Shown one piece after another: positions 9,626-18,473 of a DNA stretch of 64,000 bases (the first letter of the stretch is position 1; each line of letters begins with the position of its first letter). Under the pieces are notes generated by a model. That model was not told the origin of the DNA and searched no databases. It saw nothing but the letters and a program-made list of their open reading frames with translations. Position numbers and translations under genes: made by a program. The DNA is from Spirochaetia bacterium. Lineage in GTDB: Bacteria > Spirochaetota > Spirochaetia > SZUA-6 > Bin103. The stretch is from NCBI GenBank assembly GCA_965203905.1, contig CBDBDQ010000005.1:384001-448000 (forward strand), given 5' to 3'.

Positions 9626-10457
9626 CGGCGCCGTCTCGGACTACCCCGCCGACCTCTACCGCTTCGCGGGGACGGCCGACGGGGTCACCGGGTTCGCCGC
9701 GGCGGACGACGCCGCGGTGGCTCACTTCCAGCGCCACGGCTACCTGGTGATTCACCAAGCCTTTTCGGAGCGGGAAGTGGCGGGCGCCCTGGACGAGATG
9801 CTGGATCTGCTCACCCACCCGCGCCCCGCCTTCACCGGCGTGCAGTTCGAGCGCACGGCGCCGCAGGAGAAGCTGGAGGCGATGGCCCCGGCGCTGCGCC
9901 AGGACTACGTGCGCAAGTTCTTCCACTTCGTCGAGTTCGCACCGCGGATGAAGGCGCTGTCGGAACACCCCGAGCTGCTGGACGTGGTCAGCCGCGTGAT
10001 CGGCGCACGGCCGGCGCTGTTTCAGGACATGGCCCTGCTCAAGCCGCCGCGGATCGGCCGCGAGAAGCCGTGGCACCAGGATCACGCCTACTTCGACCTG
10101 CCGCTCGATACGCCGGTGGTGGGGGTGTGGATCGCCCTCGACCGCGCCACCACGGACAACGGCTGCATGACCATCATTCCCGGCTCACACCGCCGCGGAC
10201 CGGTGGTCCACTTCCAGCGCCGCGACTGGCAGATCTGCGACACCCACGTGGACAACCGCGGCGCCCTGGCGGTCCCCCTGGAGCCGGGCGGCTGCCTGCT
10301 GTTCTCCAGCTTCATGCACCACGGCACCCCCACAAACACCGCCGCCGAGCGCCGCCGCGCCCTGCAGTTCCACTACGCCCCCGCCGGCGCTCCAGGTATC
10401 TGCAAAGAACAGCGCATGGCCGTGTTCGGCGCCGAGGGCAAGTCCGTCACCTGCTGA
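9591..10457 (+). CDS. Phytanoyl-CoA dioxygenase (PhyH) family protein
   Basis: KPWHQDHAYF (HxD), NGCMTIIPGSH, HGTPTN...RRAL. Confidence 0.92.
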   Translation: MTKPTPDALWIDGAVSDYPADLYRFAGTADGVTGFAAADDAAVAHFQRHGYLVIHQAFSEREVAGALDEMLDLLTHPRPAFTGVQFERTAPQEKLEAMAPALRQDYVRKFFHFVEFAPRMKALSEHPELLDVVSRVIGARPALFQDMALLKPPRIGREKPWHQDHAYFDLPLDTPVVGVWIALDRATTDNGCMTIIPGSHRRGPVVHFQRRDWQICDTHVDNRGALAVPLEPGGCLLFSSFMHHGTPTNTAAERRRALQFHYAPAGAPGICKEQRMAVFGAEGKSVTC

Positions 10458-10552
10458 CGCCCCGGGGAGACGCCGCGATCAGTCGGCAGGTCGCCACGAC
10501 GGCATATTGATTACGTGACACGTTGCTTCCATATTAGGCGGGCGGAGGAAGG

Positions 10553-10783
10553 ATGATGCCGGAACGTCAGCTACAGTGGGACGACGATCTAGAGCCTGAA
10601 CCGCCGCGCAGTTTCCGCGGCCAGTTCGTGTTTGGGTTTGCGCTTGAGCCGAGACTCGCTCCAGCGGACTTCCATGCGCTGAATGCCGAGTATCGGTCGC
10701 GGCCGCCGCGCCAGCCGCGTGGCCCTGCCGACGAGACCCGCACGTTGAACTGGGAAGCAGACGAAGCGGACGCCACCGAGTAG
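10553..10783 (+). CDS. Small hypothetical protein
   Basis: 76-aa ORF with strong SD GGAGGAAGG; no recognised family. Confidence 0.45.
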   Translation: MMPERQLQWDDDLEPEPPRSFRGQFVFGFALEPRLAPADFHALNAEYRSRPPRQPRGPADETRTLNWEADEADATE

Positions 10784-10799
10784 CCGGTACACCACGCAC

Positions 10800-10990
10800 A
10801 CCGCCGCCGCGGTCGGCGGCGTCCGCCGGCAGCACCGGTGCCCACGCGGCCTCGACCTCGGAGCCGGAACGATACGGCTTCACGTCCGCCGCCAACAGCC
10901 CGAAGCGGCCGTCGTTGTCGAAGTCCCCCGCGGCGAATGGCCATCGTGTTGTAGGTGGTCTGCCGGAACGGCGTAGCCGGCACCCAACGT
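10800..10990 (-). pseudogene. Frameshifted fragment of FG-GAP/CRTAC1 (ASPIC-UnbV)-type protein
   Basis: PFRQTTYNTMA in one frame continues as FAAGDFDNDGRFGLLAADVKPY (FG-GAP D-x-D-N-D-G loop) in another. Confidence 0.5.
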
Positions 10991-11044
10991 CGCGCCCGGT
11001 TGAGGTACTTGCATAACGATACTTGGCCACGTATGTTCCCCCTA

Positions 11045-11265
11045 TGGCACAGGTCACGGTGTACCTGCCCCAGGACGTGTTGGATGCGGCGCGCAAGCTG
11101 GCCAAGGAACAGAACAGCAGCCTGTCGGCGTGGCTCAGTGGCTTGGTGCGCCGGGAAAGCGTTGCGGAGTGGCCCAAGAGCCTGGTCGACCTGTTGCATC
11201 ACGGCAGCGCGGACCTGATCGAGCCTGAAGACCCGCCCCCCGAAGATGTCGAGACGTTCCGGTGA
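11045..11265 (+). CDS. vapB: Type II antitoxin, ribbon-helix-helix (VapB-like)
   Basis: MAQVTVYLP...SLSAWL RHH pattern; GTGA overlap with downstream PIN toxin. Confidence 0.78.
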
Positions 11266-11657
11266 CGTGGTTGCTCGACACCAGCGTCTGCGTGCCTCTG
11301 ATCAATCGCTCGGATGAGAACTTGGCACGCCGGCTGCTCAACCACGCGCCCGGATCGATTTACCTCTGCAGTGTCGTCAAGGCGGAGCTCCACTTCGGGG
11401 CCCAGAACTCGCAACGAGTGGCAGAGAACGTGCGTCGATTGGAGACCTTCTGCGAGGCGTTTCCGTCACTTCCGTTCGATGACGAGGCGGCGAAGCACTA
11501 CGGAGCCGTACGAGCCCAGCTGCGCCGGGAAGGCCGCCCGATTGGGGCGAACGACTTGATGATCGCATCGATCGCACTTGCCGGTGCCATTACGCTCGCT
11601 ACGCGCAACGTGGACGAATTCAGCCGCGTTGCGGGCCTGAACGTGGAGGGCTGGTAG
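11262..11657 (+). CDS. vapC: Type II toxin, PIN domain VapC
   Basis: LLDTSV, ELHFG, IGANDLMIASIAL, TRNVDEFSRV motifs. Confidence 0.93.
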   Translation: MTWLLDTSVCVPLINRSDENLARRLLNHAPGSIYLCSVVKAELHFGAQNSQRVAENVRRLETFCEAFPSLPFDDEAAKHYGAVRAQLRREGRPIGANDLMIASIALAGAITLATRNVDEFSRVAGLNVEGW

Positions 11658-11673
11658 CGCCTGCCACTCCGGG

Positions 11674-12795
11674 CTACTGCTTGTAGGGGTCGGCGGCGTC
11701 GCGCAAGCCGTCGCCGAGGAAGTTGAAGGCCAGCACCACCGTTACCACGAACAGGCCCGGGATCAGCAGCCACGGGTTCTGCACCACGGTGCGCACGTTC
11801 TGGGCCTCCTTCAGCAGCGCACCCCAGCTCACCGAAGGCGGCCGAATCCCCAGCCCCAGAAAGCTCAGCGAGGTTTCCGCCAGGATCATGCCGGGAATCG
11901 ACAGCGTCAGGCTTACGATCAGGTAGCTCATGAACGACGGCAGCAGGTGTCGCCCGATGATGGACGGCTCGCCGGTGCCGCTGATCTTCGCCGCCATCAC
12001 GAAGTCCTCCTCGCGCAGCTCCAGCAAGCGCCCGCGCACCACCCGCGCCAGGCCGGTCCAGCCGACGATGGAGAGTATGATGGTGATGCCGAAGTAGACC
12101 CGTATCGGCGGCCACAGCGGCGGCAGTGCAGCGCTCAGCGCCATCCACAGCGGGATGGTGGGAATGGAGATCAGAAACTCGACGATGCGCTGAATCACCG
12201 CGTCGGTGGTGCCGCCGTAGTAACCGGAGATACCGCCCAGGATGCAGCCCAGGACGAAGCTGATCGCCACCCCCACCAGGCCGATGGTGAGCGAGATGCG
12301 GGACGCGTACACCACCCGCGAGAACACGTCCCGGCCCAGCTTGTCGGTGCCGAACAGGAACACTACGCCGTCTCGCACCCCGAAGAAGTGCAGGTCTGAC
12401 GGGAATCTGCTCCACAGCTTGTATTCCACGCCGCGCACGAAGAAGTGGATCGGGTGGCGGACCGTTACGTCGTCCTGGTACTTCCAGCGCAGCGTGACCG
12501 GGTCGCGCTCCGGCTTCAGGCCGTAGACGAACGGCCGCAGGTGAAACCGGCCCTCGGCATCGAAGAAGCGCACCTGTTGCGGGCGGGCGAAGGTGTAGTC
12601 GGGATGGCGCGTGGCGGTGTCGTAGGGGGCGAAGAACTCGCAGCAGAGAGCGCCGACGTAGAACACCAGCAGGAAGCCGCCGCCGAACAGGGCCAGCTTG
12701 TGCTTGCGGAGCTTGCGCCACATGAGCTGCCACTGCGAGGCGACAAACTCGCGCTCCTGACGGTCGACCTCCTGCTGCCTCGTTCGCGCCAGCAC
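11674..12795 (-). CDS. ABC transporter permease (DppC-like)
   Basis: GTDKLGRDVFSR, ETSLSFLGLG, GDGLRDAADPY. Confidence 0.93.
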   Translation of the reverse strand: MLARTRQQEVDRQEREFVASQWQLMWRKLRKHKLALFGGGFLLVFYVGALCCEFFAPYDTATRHPDYTFARPQQVRFFDAEGRFHLRPFVYGLKPERDPVTLRWKYQDDVTVRHPIHFFVRGVEYKLWSRFPSDLHFFGVRDGVVFLFGTDKLGRDVFSRVVYASRISLTIGLVGVAISFVLGCILGGISGYYGGTTDAVIQRIVEFLISIPTIPLWMALSAALPPLWPPIRVYFGITIILSIVGWTGLARVVRGRLLELREEDFVMAAKISGTGEPSIIGRHLLPSFMSYLIVSLTLSIPGMILAETSLSFLGLGIRPPSVSWGALLKEAQNVRTVVQNPWLLIPGLFVVTVVLAFNFLGDGLRDAADPYKQ

Positions 12796-12799
12796 CGCT

Positions 12800-13795
12800 T
12801 CAGGCCGCCTTGCTCTCGTACCTGATGCGCGGGTCGACCCACACCAGCAGGATGTCGGACAGCAACGTGCCGATCACGGTCAGGAACGTGAGAAACATCA
12901 CCGTGCTGCCGGCCAGGTAGGTGTCCTGGGAGATGAGTGCCCGGAACAGCAGCGGGCCGGTGGTGGGCAGACTCAGCACGATGGCGGTGATGGTCTCGCC
13001 GGACACGATGCCGGGCAGGATCCAGCCGATGGTGCTGATGATCGGGTTGATCGCGATCCGGACCGGGTACTTGAACAGCAGGGACGGCTCCGCGACTCCC
13101 TTGGCGCGGGCGGTGATGACGTACTGCTTGCTCAGCTCGTCGAGCAGGCCGCCGCGCATGACGCGGATCAGGCCGGCCGTCCCCGCGGTGCCGATCACGA
13201 TGATCGGCACCGGCAGATGCTTGAGCATGTCCCACACCTTGGCCAGGCTCCACGGCGCCAACTGGTACTCCAGCGAGAACAGGCCGCCGGGGCTGACGCC
13301 GAAGAACTTCGACAGGATCAGCATCAGGATCAGCGCCAGCAGGAAGTTGGGCGTCGCCAGGCCGGCGAATCCGACCACGGTGAAGGCGTAGTCGCCGAGC
13401 GAATACTGGTGGGTGGCGGAGTAGATGCCGATCGGGATCGACACCACGTACACGAACACCAGGGTGACCATCGAGATGGCGACGGTGAGCGGCAGGCGCT
13501 CGGCGAGCAGGGCACTCACCGGTTGGTTCATCTCGAACGATCGACCCAGGTCGCCCTGCAGCATGTTCCACACCCACTTCAGGTACTGCATGTGCGGGGG
13601 CCGGTCGAGCCCGTACTGCCGCTCCAAAGAGCGGATGCGTTCCTCGTCGATGTTGATGCCGCGCGCTCGGAGGTTCTCCAGCATGGTGGTCAGATAGTCG
13701 CCCGGCGGGAGCTGGATGATGATGAACGCGACCACCGACACGGCTATCATCACCACGATCATCACCAGCACGCGGCGGCCGATGTAGGACAGCAC
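12800..13795 (-). CDS. ABC transporter permease (DppB-like)
   Basis: IIQLPPGDY, TARAKG, DPRIRY. Confidence 0.93.
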   Translation of the reverse strand: MLSYIGRRVLVMIVVMIAVSVVAFIIIQLPPGDYLTTMLENLRARGINIDEERIRSLERQYGLDRPPHMQYLKWVWNMLQGDLGRSFEMNQPVSALLAERLPLTVAISMVTLVFVYVVSIPIGIYSATHQYSLGDYAFTVVGFAGLATPNFLLALILMLILSKFFGVSPGGLFSLEYQLAPWSLAKVWDMLKHLPVPIIVIGTAGTAGLIRVMRGGLLDELSKQYVITARAKGVAEPSLLFKYPVRIAINPIISTIGWILPGIVSGETITAIVLSLPTTGPLLFRALISQDTYLAGSTVMFLTFLTVIGTLLSDILLVWVDPRIRYESKAA

Positions 13796-13802
13796 GATCA
13801 GA

Positions 13803-13834
13803 GACGGCGGGGGGCGATGCGCTCACCCCCCGTC
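13803..13834 (-). terminator. Intercistronic stem-loop between SBP and permease
   Basis: GACGG..GGGGGG pairing with CCCCCCGTC. Confidence 0.4.
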
Positions 13835-13859
13835 CGGTATGGCCGCTGTTGCGGCGTGT

Positions 13860-15830
13860 CTACTTCTTCCAGAAGAACTGCTGCGCCTCGTAGTACAGCT
13901 CCAGGCCGTGCTCGGCGTCGGCGCCGAAGCGGTCGGGAATGTTGCGCAGGTTGTTTTTCGCGATGTGCAGCTTGGGCGCCAGGCCGATGGTGCCCATGTG
14001 GTAGAGGTACTCGGCGTTGTAGTCGTAGATCTCCTGCATCAGCACCTTGTAGTCCTCCGAGCCCAGCGGGAATGAGGTCGCCTTCTCGACCCGGTAGTAC
14101 TGCTCCTTGATGTGCTCCGGCGGTTCCTCGCCCGGGAACTTGCCATCCTCGAAGTCGTCCACCGTCTTGGTGCCGAGATAGTTCACGTCGCGGTCGGCAT
14201 TCATCCACCGCGCCCAGGCCGGCGCCTCCTTGACGCCGTGCACGCGCGGCCGGAACGGCTCCACCAGGAACGCGATCTCGCCCACCGTCTGGTAGGGGTG
14301 CACCATGATCATGTGGTCGAGCGCGGCGGTCCGCTGGCCGAACAGCGCCCATGCCAACTCACCCTTGATCTGGATCTTAAGACCCACGTCTTCCCAGTAC
14401 TCCTTCATCAGCTCGAACATGGTGGGATCCGGGAACGACTCGGGGTACTCCAGCAGCAGCACCAGCGTGTCGCCGCCGGGGACGAGCCGGAAGCCGTCCG
14501 CATCGCGCGCCGTCAGACCCATCTCGTCGAGCAGCTCGTTGGCCTTGTCGGGACCGTAGGCGAGGTAGGGGTGCGCCTCGCCCCACTCCGGCTTGTAGAA
14601 GCTGGCGTTGGCCAGCGTGGTCGCCTGGCGCGGGGTGCCGAGGCCGAAGTAGACCGTCTCGTTGATCTCGTCGCGGTTCAGGGCGGTGGACAGCGCGCGC
14701 CGGAAGCGCACGTCGTTGAAGATCTCGCGCAGCGCCGGATCGGGATGGTTCTGGTTGATGCTGAACGCCGCCTCGGAGGCGTTGACCCCCGGCACGGCGA
14801 TCACGCGGTACCCGCCGGCCTGTTCGTTCTCCTTGTACAGCGAGTAGTTCTCCATGCTGGTCAGGGCCACGGCGATGTCCGACTCGCCCGACATGATCTT
14901 GGCCTGGTAGACCTCCTTGTTGACCGCGGTCACCACCACGTCGTCGATGTAGGGAAGCTGGTTGCCGGCCGGATCCACCTGGTAGAAGTACGGGTTGCGC
15001 TTGAAGTACTTCACGGTGGCCGTCTGCTCCTCGAACTCCCACGGCATCGTGGTCGGCTGGTTGGTGTCGGTGGTGGGATAGAAGATCTGGTGGCTGTTGA
15101 AGGCCTCCCACCAGTTGTCGAAACCTTCCTCCTTGGCGAGCGCCTCGGCGTCTTCGTTGTACTTGATGTGCCACTTCTTGAGGTAGTGCTTGGGCGCGTA
15201 GGACGCGATCTCGCCGCCCGGCCAGGTGACCATCACCACCGGCAGCACCGGGTAGGGATTGTCCATCTCGAACTGCACGGTGTAGTCGTCGATCTTGCGG
15301 ATCCGGTTCACCCGCCCGTACAGGTTCCAGGTGCTGACCTCGTCGTTCCAGTGCATGTCCTCGAACATGAACACGATGTCGTCGGCGGTGAACGGATGCC
15401 CGTCCGACCACTTGGTGCCGGGCCGCAGCGACAGCGTCATGCTCTTGCCGTCCGGGGCGAGCTCGTAGCCGGCCGCGAGATCGGGCACGATCTCGTTGTC
15501 AGGGGTGATGTCGAGCAGGAACGAGCTGCCGCCGATCACCTCGCCCATGTCGTTCCACGAGTCCATGTTGATGGCGAAGGCGTTGATGGTGCCGCCGTAC
15601 TGGCCGATCTCCTCGACCACCTCTTTCACCTTGGGGTCGTCCGGCAGCCGTTCGTCCACCGGCGGCAACTCGCCGGCCGCCACCAGCTCGGCCAGCATCG
15701 GCGCCTCGTTGTACTTGCCGGTGCTCATCGTGGTGGTGGTGGAGGCCGTCCCCTCCTCGGTGCCGCCGGCTACGGCGAAACCCGCCACGATCAATGACAG
15801 CCCCACACCCAGTGCGAGTGATTTTCTCAC
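13860..15830 (-). CDS. ABC transporter substrate-binding protein, family 5
   Basis: Signal peptide, EAPMLAELVAAGELPPVDERLP, KWSDGHPFTADD, GNQLPYID. Confidence 0.93.
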   Translation of the reverse strand: MRKSLALGVGLSLIVAGFAVAGGTEEGTASTTTTMSTGKYNEAPMLAELVAAGELPPVDERLPDDPKVKEVVEEIGQYGGTINAFAINMDSWNDMGEVIGGSSFLLDITPDNEIVPDLAAGYELAPDGKSMTLSLRPGTKWSDGHPFTADDIVFMFEDMHWNDEVSTWNLYGRVNRIRKIDDYTVQFEMDNPYPVLPVVMVTWPGGEIASYAPKHYLKKWHIKYNEDAEALAKEEGFDNWWEAFNSHQIFYPTTDTNQPTTMPWEFEEQTATVKYFKRNPYFYQVDPAGNQLPYIDDVVVTAVNKEVYQAKIMSGESDIAVALTSMENYSLYKENEQAGGYRVIAVPGVNASEAAFSINQNHPDPALREIFNDVRFRRALSTALNRDEINETVYFGLGTPRQATTLANASFYKPEWGEAHPYLAYGPDKANELLDEMGLTARDADGFRLVPGGDTLVLLLEYPESFPDPTMFELMKEYWEDVGLKIQIKGELAWALFGQRTAALDHMIMVHPYQTVGEIAFLVEPFRPRVHGVKEAPAWARWMNADRDVNYLGTKTVDDFEDGKFPGEEPPEHIKEQYYRVEKATSFPLGSEDYKVLMQEIYDYNAEYLYHMGTIGLAPKLHIAKNNLRNIPDRFGADAEHGLELYYEAQQFFWKK

Positions 15831-15880
15831 GATCAGTTACTCCTTTGGCCGCTCATCCGCAGCCCGATAGTGTGGAGCGC

Positions 15881-15909
15881 ATTGTAGAGCCGCCGCGAAC
15901 GGCTGTCAA
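15881..15909 (-). promoter_or_regulatory. Sigma70-type promoter of ABC operon
   Basis: TTGACA-17 nt-TACAAT on minus strand about 50 nt upstream of the SBP start. Confidence 0.75.
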
Positions 15910-15982
15910 AAGAAAGGCGCGGAGGCGCGGACGGACAGAACACAGGGGTACAAGAGAGCAGTGAAAGAACCTGTCGTTCGGC

Positions 15983-16324
15983 CTATGCCGACCCGCTCGA
16001 TTGTCTTTCGCCCACCTTCACCAGGGTGCGCGGTTCGAGTCGATCGAGCCGGTTCAGCAACTCGGGCAGGAGCGGGCGCAAGGCGTCGAGGCGGTTGGTC
16101 ACGGCTACGAGCACTACCACGGCCATCGGTAATTCGCGTAGATTCTGCTGGTATTCGATGTTCTGATCGGCGGTCAGAAAGAGGTCGAACTGACCCGCCG
16201 CGGCTCGAAGCAATTCACCGTTATCGAGACCGGACCACCCGTTGTCGGTTACCGTGGAGACTATATGCCCAGGCAGCTCACGGGCGAGTCTTCTTGGTAA
16301 CGATTCATCGAGCAGTATTCGCAT
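15983..16324 (-). CDS. DUF5615 family PIN-like toxin
   Basis: MRILLDESLPRRL, GWSGLDNGELL, TADQNIEYQQNL. Confidence 0.88.
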   Translation of the reverse strand: MRILLDESLPRRLARELPGHIVSTVTDNGWSGLDNGELLRAAAGQFDLFLTADQNIEYQQNLRELPMAVVVLVAVTNRLDALRPLLPELLNRLDRLEPRTLVKVGERQSSGSA

Positions 16325-16526
16325 TGGCGCCCAGAGCTGCCCGCGCCATCTCCAGCGCGGCGATTGCCTTGGCGCGATCTACAGCGGGGAAGTCGATCAG
16401 GAATTGATCAAGAGTATCCCCCGCCTCCAGATAGTCGAAGAGGTTCTTCACCGGAATGCGCGTCGCAGTGAATACCGGTACCCCCCCCTGGATCCTGGGA
16501 TTCCTGTGTACGACTGTTTCTTCCAT
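16305..16526 (-). CDS. DUF433 family antitoxin
   Basis: GGVPVFTATRIPVKNLFDYLEAGDTLDQFLIDFP; overlaps toxin gene. Confidence 0.9.
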   Translation of the reverse strand: MEETVVHRNPRIQGGVPVFTATRIPVKNLFDYLEAGDTLDQFLIDFPAVDRAKAIAALEMARAALGANANTAR

Positions 16527-16536
16527 AGGTCAGCAG

Positions 16537-16612
16537 GGTCACTCCGTGACACGGAAGACCATGAAGACGGCGCATGGGGCAGTGCACGGTGGCCGCCACT
16601 TTCGGACCAGTC
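16537..16612 (+). repeat. 76-bp dispersed repeat, copy A
   Basis: 74/76 identical to reverse complement of 30174-30249; contains palindrome TCCGTGACACGGA. Confidence 0.9.
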
Positions 16613-16689
16613 TTCCCATCATACCCCATCATACCCGGTTCCCGCGGGCGAGACAGCAGCGCCGCCCCGCGGCTCGCACGCCACCGGCA

Positions 16690-17526
16690 TTATGCACCTC
16701 GCGGCGTGCGGTACACCACCGTGTTCAGCTCGCTGTCGGCGAGTTCGCCCGGCTTGCGGCCGCCTAGAAACACCCGCGCGTCGTTGACCCGCGACGGGTT
16801 GCTGAGAGTATCGACCCGGGTCCCGTCGGGGTAGAAGGTGACGATCATCGCCTCACGCATGGCGTCCGAGTGGTTGGCCGGCGCGCCGTGCACGGTCCAG
16901 CCCAGGTGAAAGGTGCAATCGCCCGCGGCCAGTTCCTCGGTCTGATGGATCTCGAGTTGCTCGCGGGCAATGAACCGATCGAAGTGGTGCGCCGACTCGT
17001 CGCTGATCTGCTGGCCCTCCAGGTCGCCGTAGCAATGCGAGCCGCGCACGAAGCGGATCGAGCCCATCTCCCGGCTGCAGTCGACCAGCGGCATCCACAG
17101 CCCCAGCGACCGGTCGGTGGCCAGCGGCCAGTAGTACTGGTCCTGGTGCCAGTGGGAGTCGCTGCCGCCGGGCTGCTTGAACAGCGCCTGCTCGTGGAAG
17201 ATGCGCACCGCCGGCACCCGCAGCAGACGGGCGGCGATGGCGCCGAAGCGTGGTGCGAGACAGAAGCGGCGCACCCCCTCGGAGTCGAAGCGCAGACCCA
17301 GGGTCTGCAGGAACGCGCCGTGGGCGGCGGCCTGCATCTGCCTGGCCGCGAAGCGGCGCATCGCAGTCTCCCGGATCAACGGGGCGTAGGCGCGGATCTC
17401 CCGCGGGGTCAGCACCGCACGCAGGACGATGAAACCGTCGCGCCAGAAGCGTTCCACCTGCGCGTCCGAAATCGCGTAATTGGCTTCCAGCGACGGCAGC
17501 TCACCGCGGTCGGCCGGCGTGCTCAT
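16690..17526 (-). CDS. Phytanoyl-CoA dioxygenase (PhyH) family protein
   Basis: HWHQDQYYWP, GSIRFVRGSH, HGAPAN...REAM. Confidence 0.92.
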   Translation of the reverse strand: MSTPADRGELPSLEANYAISDAQVERFWRDGFIVLRAVLTPREIRAYAPLIRETAMRRFAARQMQAAAHGAFLQTLGLRFDSEGVRRFCLAPRFGAIAARLLRVPAVRIFHEQALFKQPGGSDSHWHQDQYYWPLATDRSLGLWMPLVDCSREMGSIRFVRGSHCYGDLEGQQISDESAHHFDRFIAREQLEIHQTEELAAGDCTFHLGWTVHGAPANHSDAMREAMIVTFYPDGTRVDTLSNPSRVNDARVFLGGRKPGELADSELNTVVYRTPRGA

Positions 17527-17540
17527 GTGTAGCTTCTCCT

Positions 17541-18227
17541 TCAGCGGACGACTGCGACGCCCTCTCGCGGCTTGTCGGGCGGCTGGTTGTGGCTGCTCCA
17601 GAACAACCCTTCGATGACCCCCTCGACCTTGGACAGTCGGTCTCCGATGTTGACCACGCGCGCCGTGAGTTCCTTGAAGCCGGCCTGCATCTCCGTCCGC
17701 AGCCCACCTTCGACGGCCTTGGTGTCGTCCCGCAACCCGTTGCCAACGTCCTTCATCTCGCTCCGCAGACCGCTGTCGAGCGCCTTCATCTCGTCACGCA
17801 AACCGCCGTCGAGCGCCTTCATCTCGTCACGCAAACCGCCGTCGAGCGCCTTCATCTCGTCACGCAAACCGCTGCCGAGCGCCTTCATCTCGTCGCGCAG
17901 ACCGCTGTCCAGCGCCTTCATCTCGCCGCGCAAACCGCCGTCGAGCGCCTTCATCTCGTAGCGCAGACCGCTGTCCAGCGCCTTCATCTCGTCGCGCAAC
18001 CCACCGTCGAGTGCCTTCATCTCCTCTCGCAGACCGTCGTCGAGCGCCTTCATCTCCTCTCGCAGACCGCTGTCGAGCGCCTTCATCTCCTCGCGCGACC
18101 CGCTATCGACGGCCTCTATCTTGTCGCGCAACTCGTGCAACTCCCGACGGATCCCGCGATTGGACGCCAATATCACGGCGCCAAGGGCGATCGCCGCCGT
18201 GATGATCCCTATCAGCTCCAGGCTCAT
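17541..18227 (-). CDS. Membrane-anchored coiled-coil protein with 11-aa repeats
   Basis: ATG at 18227 after GGAGG; N-terminal hydrophobic helix; about 13 copies of LRDEMKALD(G/S)G. Confidence 0.8.
   Translation of the reverse strand: MSLELIGIITAAIALGAVILASNRGIRRELHELRDKIEAVDSGSREEMKALDSGLREEMKALDDGLREEMKALDGGLRDEMKALDSGLRYEMKALDGGLRGEMKALDSGLRDEMKALGSGLRDEMKALDGGLRDEMKALDGGLRDEMKALDSGLRSEMKDVGNGLRDDTKAVEGGLRTEMQAGFKELTARVVNIGDRLSKVEGVIEGLFWSSHNQPPDKPREGVAVVR
17675..18132 (-). repeat. 33-bp coding tandem repeat (about 13-14 units)
   Basis: Head-to-tail GCGCCTTCATCTC-containing 33-nt units, no spacers. Confidence 0.9.
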
Positions 18228-18473
18228 GTACACCCCTCCGGCGCCCTCCGCTCCCTGCTGGCAGTCTACCGCTCCGGCGGCCATGATGTCACCAAACGGC
18301 GTTCCGGTTGCCCCGTAGCGGGCATCTCCCCCGGGAACCGAGGCCAACGTTGTCTGAACACACATTACAACTGCGGCGTATCGGCGCTGCTTCAGAGGCG
18401 GTGTCGCTGCCTGCCGGTGCTTGCCGCGAGGCGCTCGACCAGGAGCGGTCCCGTGCGTAGGGTAGCCAATACC

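Noticed and set aside
17675-18132. 33-bp repeats as a CRISPR array
   Set aside because: Units are head to tail with no unique spacers, keep an open frame encoding a coiled coil, and no cas genes are present.
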